A stretch of 64,000 nucleotides of DNA, taken from assembly GCA_964016885.1 (NCBI GenBank), contig OZ024740.1, positions 345,402,001 through 345,466,000 of the forward strand. Direction: 5' to 3'. The notes below the pieces were generated by a model. That model was not told the DNA's origin, did no database searches, and worked only from the letters and a program-made list of their open reading frames with translations. Every line of letters begins with the position of its first letter. Position 1 is the stretch's first letter. The translations under genes and the position numbers were made by a program. Origin of the DNA: Eledone cirrhosa (lineage: Eukaryota). Positions 62,019 to 64,000 of this stretch are shown here, piece after piece.

Positions 62019-63917
62019 ATGGAAACACGAAATTTATATGCTTACATATATACACATACATATGCACAAACATGCAAATGCATACACATACAACTATATA
62101 TAGTAACACCGGCAAACGCACATATGGTCATATACAGCCACAATCACACACAATATTGCTACAAACGGGAATATTTACACGCACACGGTAGACGCACACA
62201 CACAAACACAGAGGCATTCATATAGACGCGCACACATATAGTTACACGCCACCATTGATAGAAACACATACACACTTGGGTGGCAGAATTAATCTGTCAC
62301 CCGATTTAACACCACCACCTGGCCCACGGGTGCTTCTAGCAGTCTCCACTGTTGCATGAATGCGGGACAGGTCTTTGGTCTAAGGATCTTCCGTTCTCCC
62401 TCCCACCAGTCTAGGAGGCCCTGCCCTGCCATGCTCTCACTGACTAAACACTAAACAAATGGAAATAAAACATTCACACATACATACTTACATGCATACG
62501 CACATACTGATATATACATACAGAGACACATACACACGAACACATACGCATAGATACAAGCATGTAGGTATACAGCATAGGCTTACGCATATGACACAGA
62601 TGCACACATACTTGAAAAGAGACACACGCGAACATACATATAAATACAAACATGTTTTTACACATAGAATGACAGACACAAATATATACATACACGCATA
62701 CACATACACTCGTGTACACACAGAAATGAAGGATCCTCTGTCGTTTTAACTATGAATACACAGCTGCTCGATAAACTGAACGTCCAGCTCATGTATTGTT
62801 GGGTATTTCATAGGCACGTTTACTCTTGATTTACAAATACACAGACACATAAATACATCCACACAAATGTTCATATCACCGACATACTTCCCTGACATTT
62901 GTATATTATTCTATGTACTATACATGCACCTTTGATGAGTTGTAGTGCACCTTTGATCAGTTGTAGTACATAATAATTTCATTATTTTTATATTATTATC
63001 ATTATACACACACACATATGTACACATACTTAGATTCACCTCTCGCACCCACGCATAGATATAGAGACACAAACACACATGGGCACAAACACACATACAC
63101 ACATAAAGTCTAATGCATTTAAACAAATTGAGACACACGCAAATACACAAACACATAATGCGTACATATATATATATATATATACATGCATACACATACA
63201 TTTCTCCACACAAATACATACATACGTTAATACATACACACACATATAAATATAGGTGCATGCACATATTCATACAAATGCATCTACATACACACAATGT
63301 GATAGTAACCCACGTTGACAGAGAGTGACATACACAGACATATGACACACATGCACATATACACGTACGAAAAGAGACACACGCAAACATATATATATAT
63401 TTATACAAACATGTATTTACACACATATTGACAAGCACAAATACACCCATATACACACACACATTGACAGTTCGACGCACACACGTGTATTTGCGTATAC
63501 ATAAACGTACGTACTTACGAAAGTATAAACGTAAACATATACGCACACACATAAATACAGACACATACACAAAATCATACGCATTGGCTGTCACGCCTCC
63601 CAACACACTCTGGCAATAACAGAAACATATATGTTCGTATATACATTCACAAACGGATACACACATATACGTAGGCAAACACAAGCACGCACGCATGCAC
63701 ACACACACAAACCCCTTTAGCACTGAGAGACAGAAGCAGTCGAATGTTCTCTGACTAAACGTTGTGTAGTTGTTTTATTCCGATTTCACATCTCCCTTAA
63801 AGGAACTACACAGTTACAGACATAGCTGTTGTGTTATGGATTTAGCTATGCAACCGTTTGGTTTTCAGTTCAATCCTGCTGCTCGGCGCCTTGTGCCAGA
63901 GTCTGATACAATAATGG

Positions 63918-64000
63918 TTTCCTATATAGGCACAAGGCCAGCAATTACCCAGTATATTACTGGTACTTTATTGTATCGACCCCGTATGGATGAAAGGCAA
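63918..64000 (-). mobile_element. SINE copy cut by the window edge
   Basis: ggcacaaggccagcaattacccag...cgaccccgtatggatgaaaggcaa. Confidence 0.8.

Overview
Eukaryotic, very AT-rich, microsatellite-saturated DNA ((TA)n, (CA)n, (CATA)n, (TCTA)n, (GA)n) with one 200-N gap. Repeat style and SINE sequences suggest an octopus/coleoid mollusc; this is inference from recalled repeat families, not a search. Almost all ORFs in the track are microsatellite translations (YI/HT/CV runs). The only host coding sequence I can support is the first coding exon of a LIM-homeobox gene of the Lhx1/Lhx5 (Lim1) group on the minus strand (48951-49121). It carries an apparent +1 frameshift just before its splice donor, and I found no second LIM exon by eye. 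The rest is transposon debris: a decayed mariner, L1/Tx1-like and R4/Dong-like LINE 3' ends each nested in a specific microsatellite, tRNA-derived SINEs and a hAT-like MITE. The most striking signal is a set of about ten minimal type I hammerhead ribozyme motifs from several unrelated Penelope-like families. Most sit in (TA)n, often as fold-back hairpins with a reproducible two-fixed-3'-ends architecture, and some have non-canonical cores (UUGAAAA, CAGAAGA). All structures were folded by eye and are untested.
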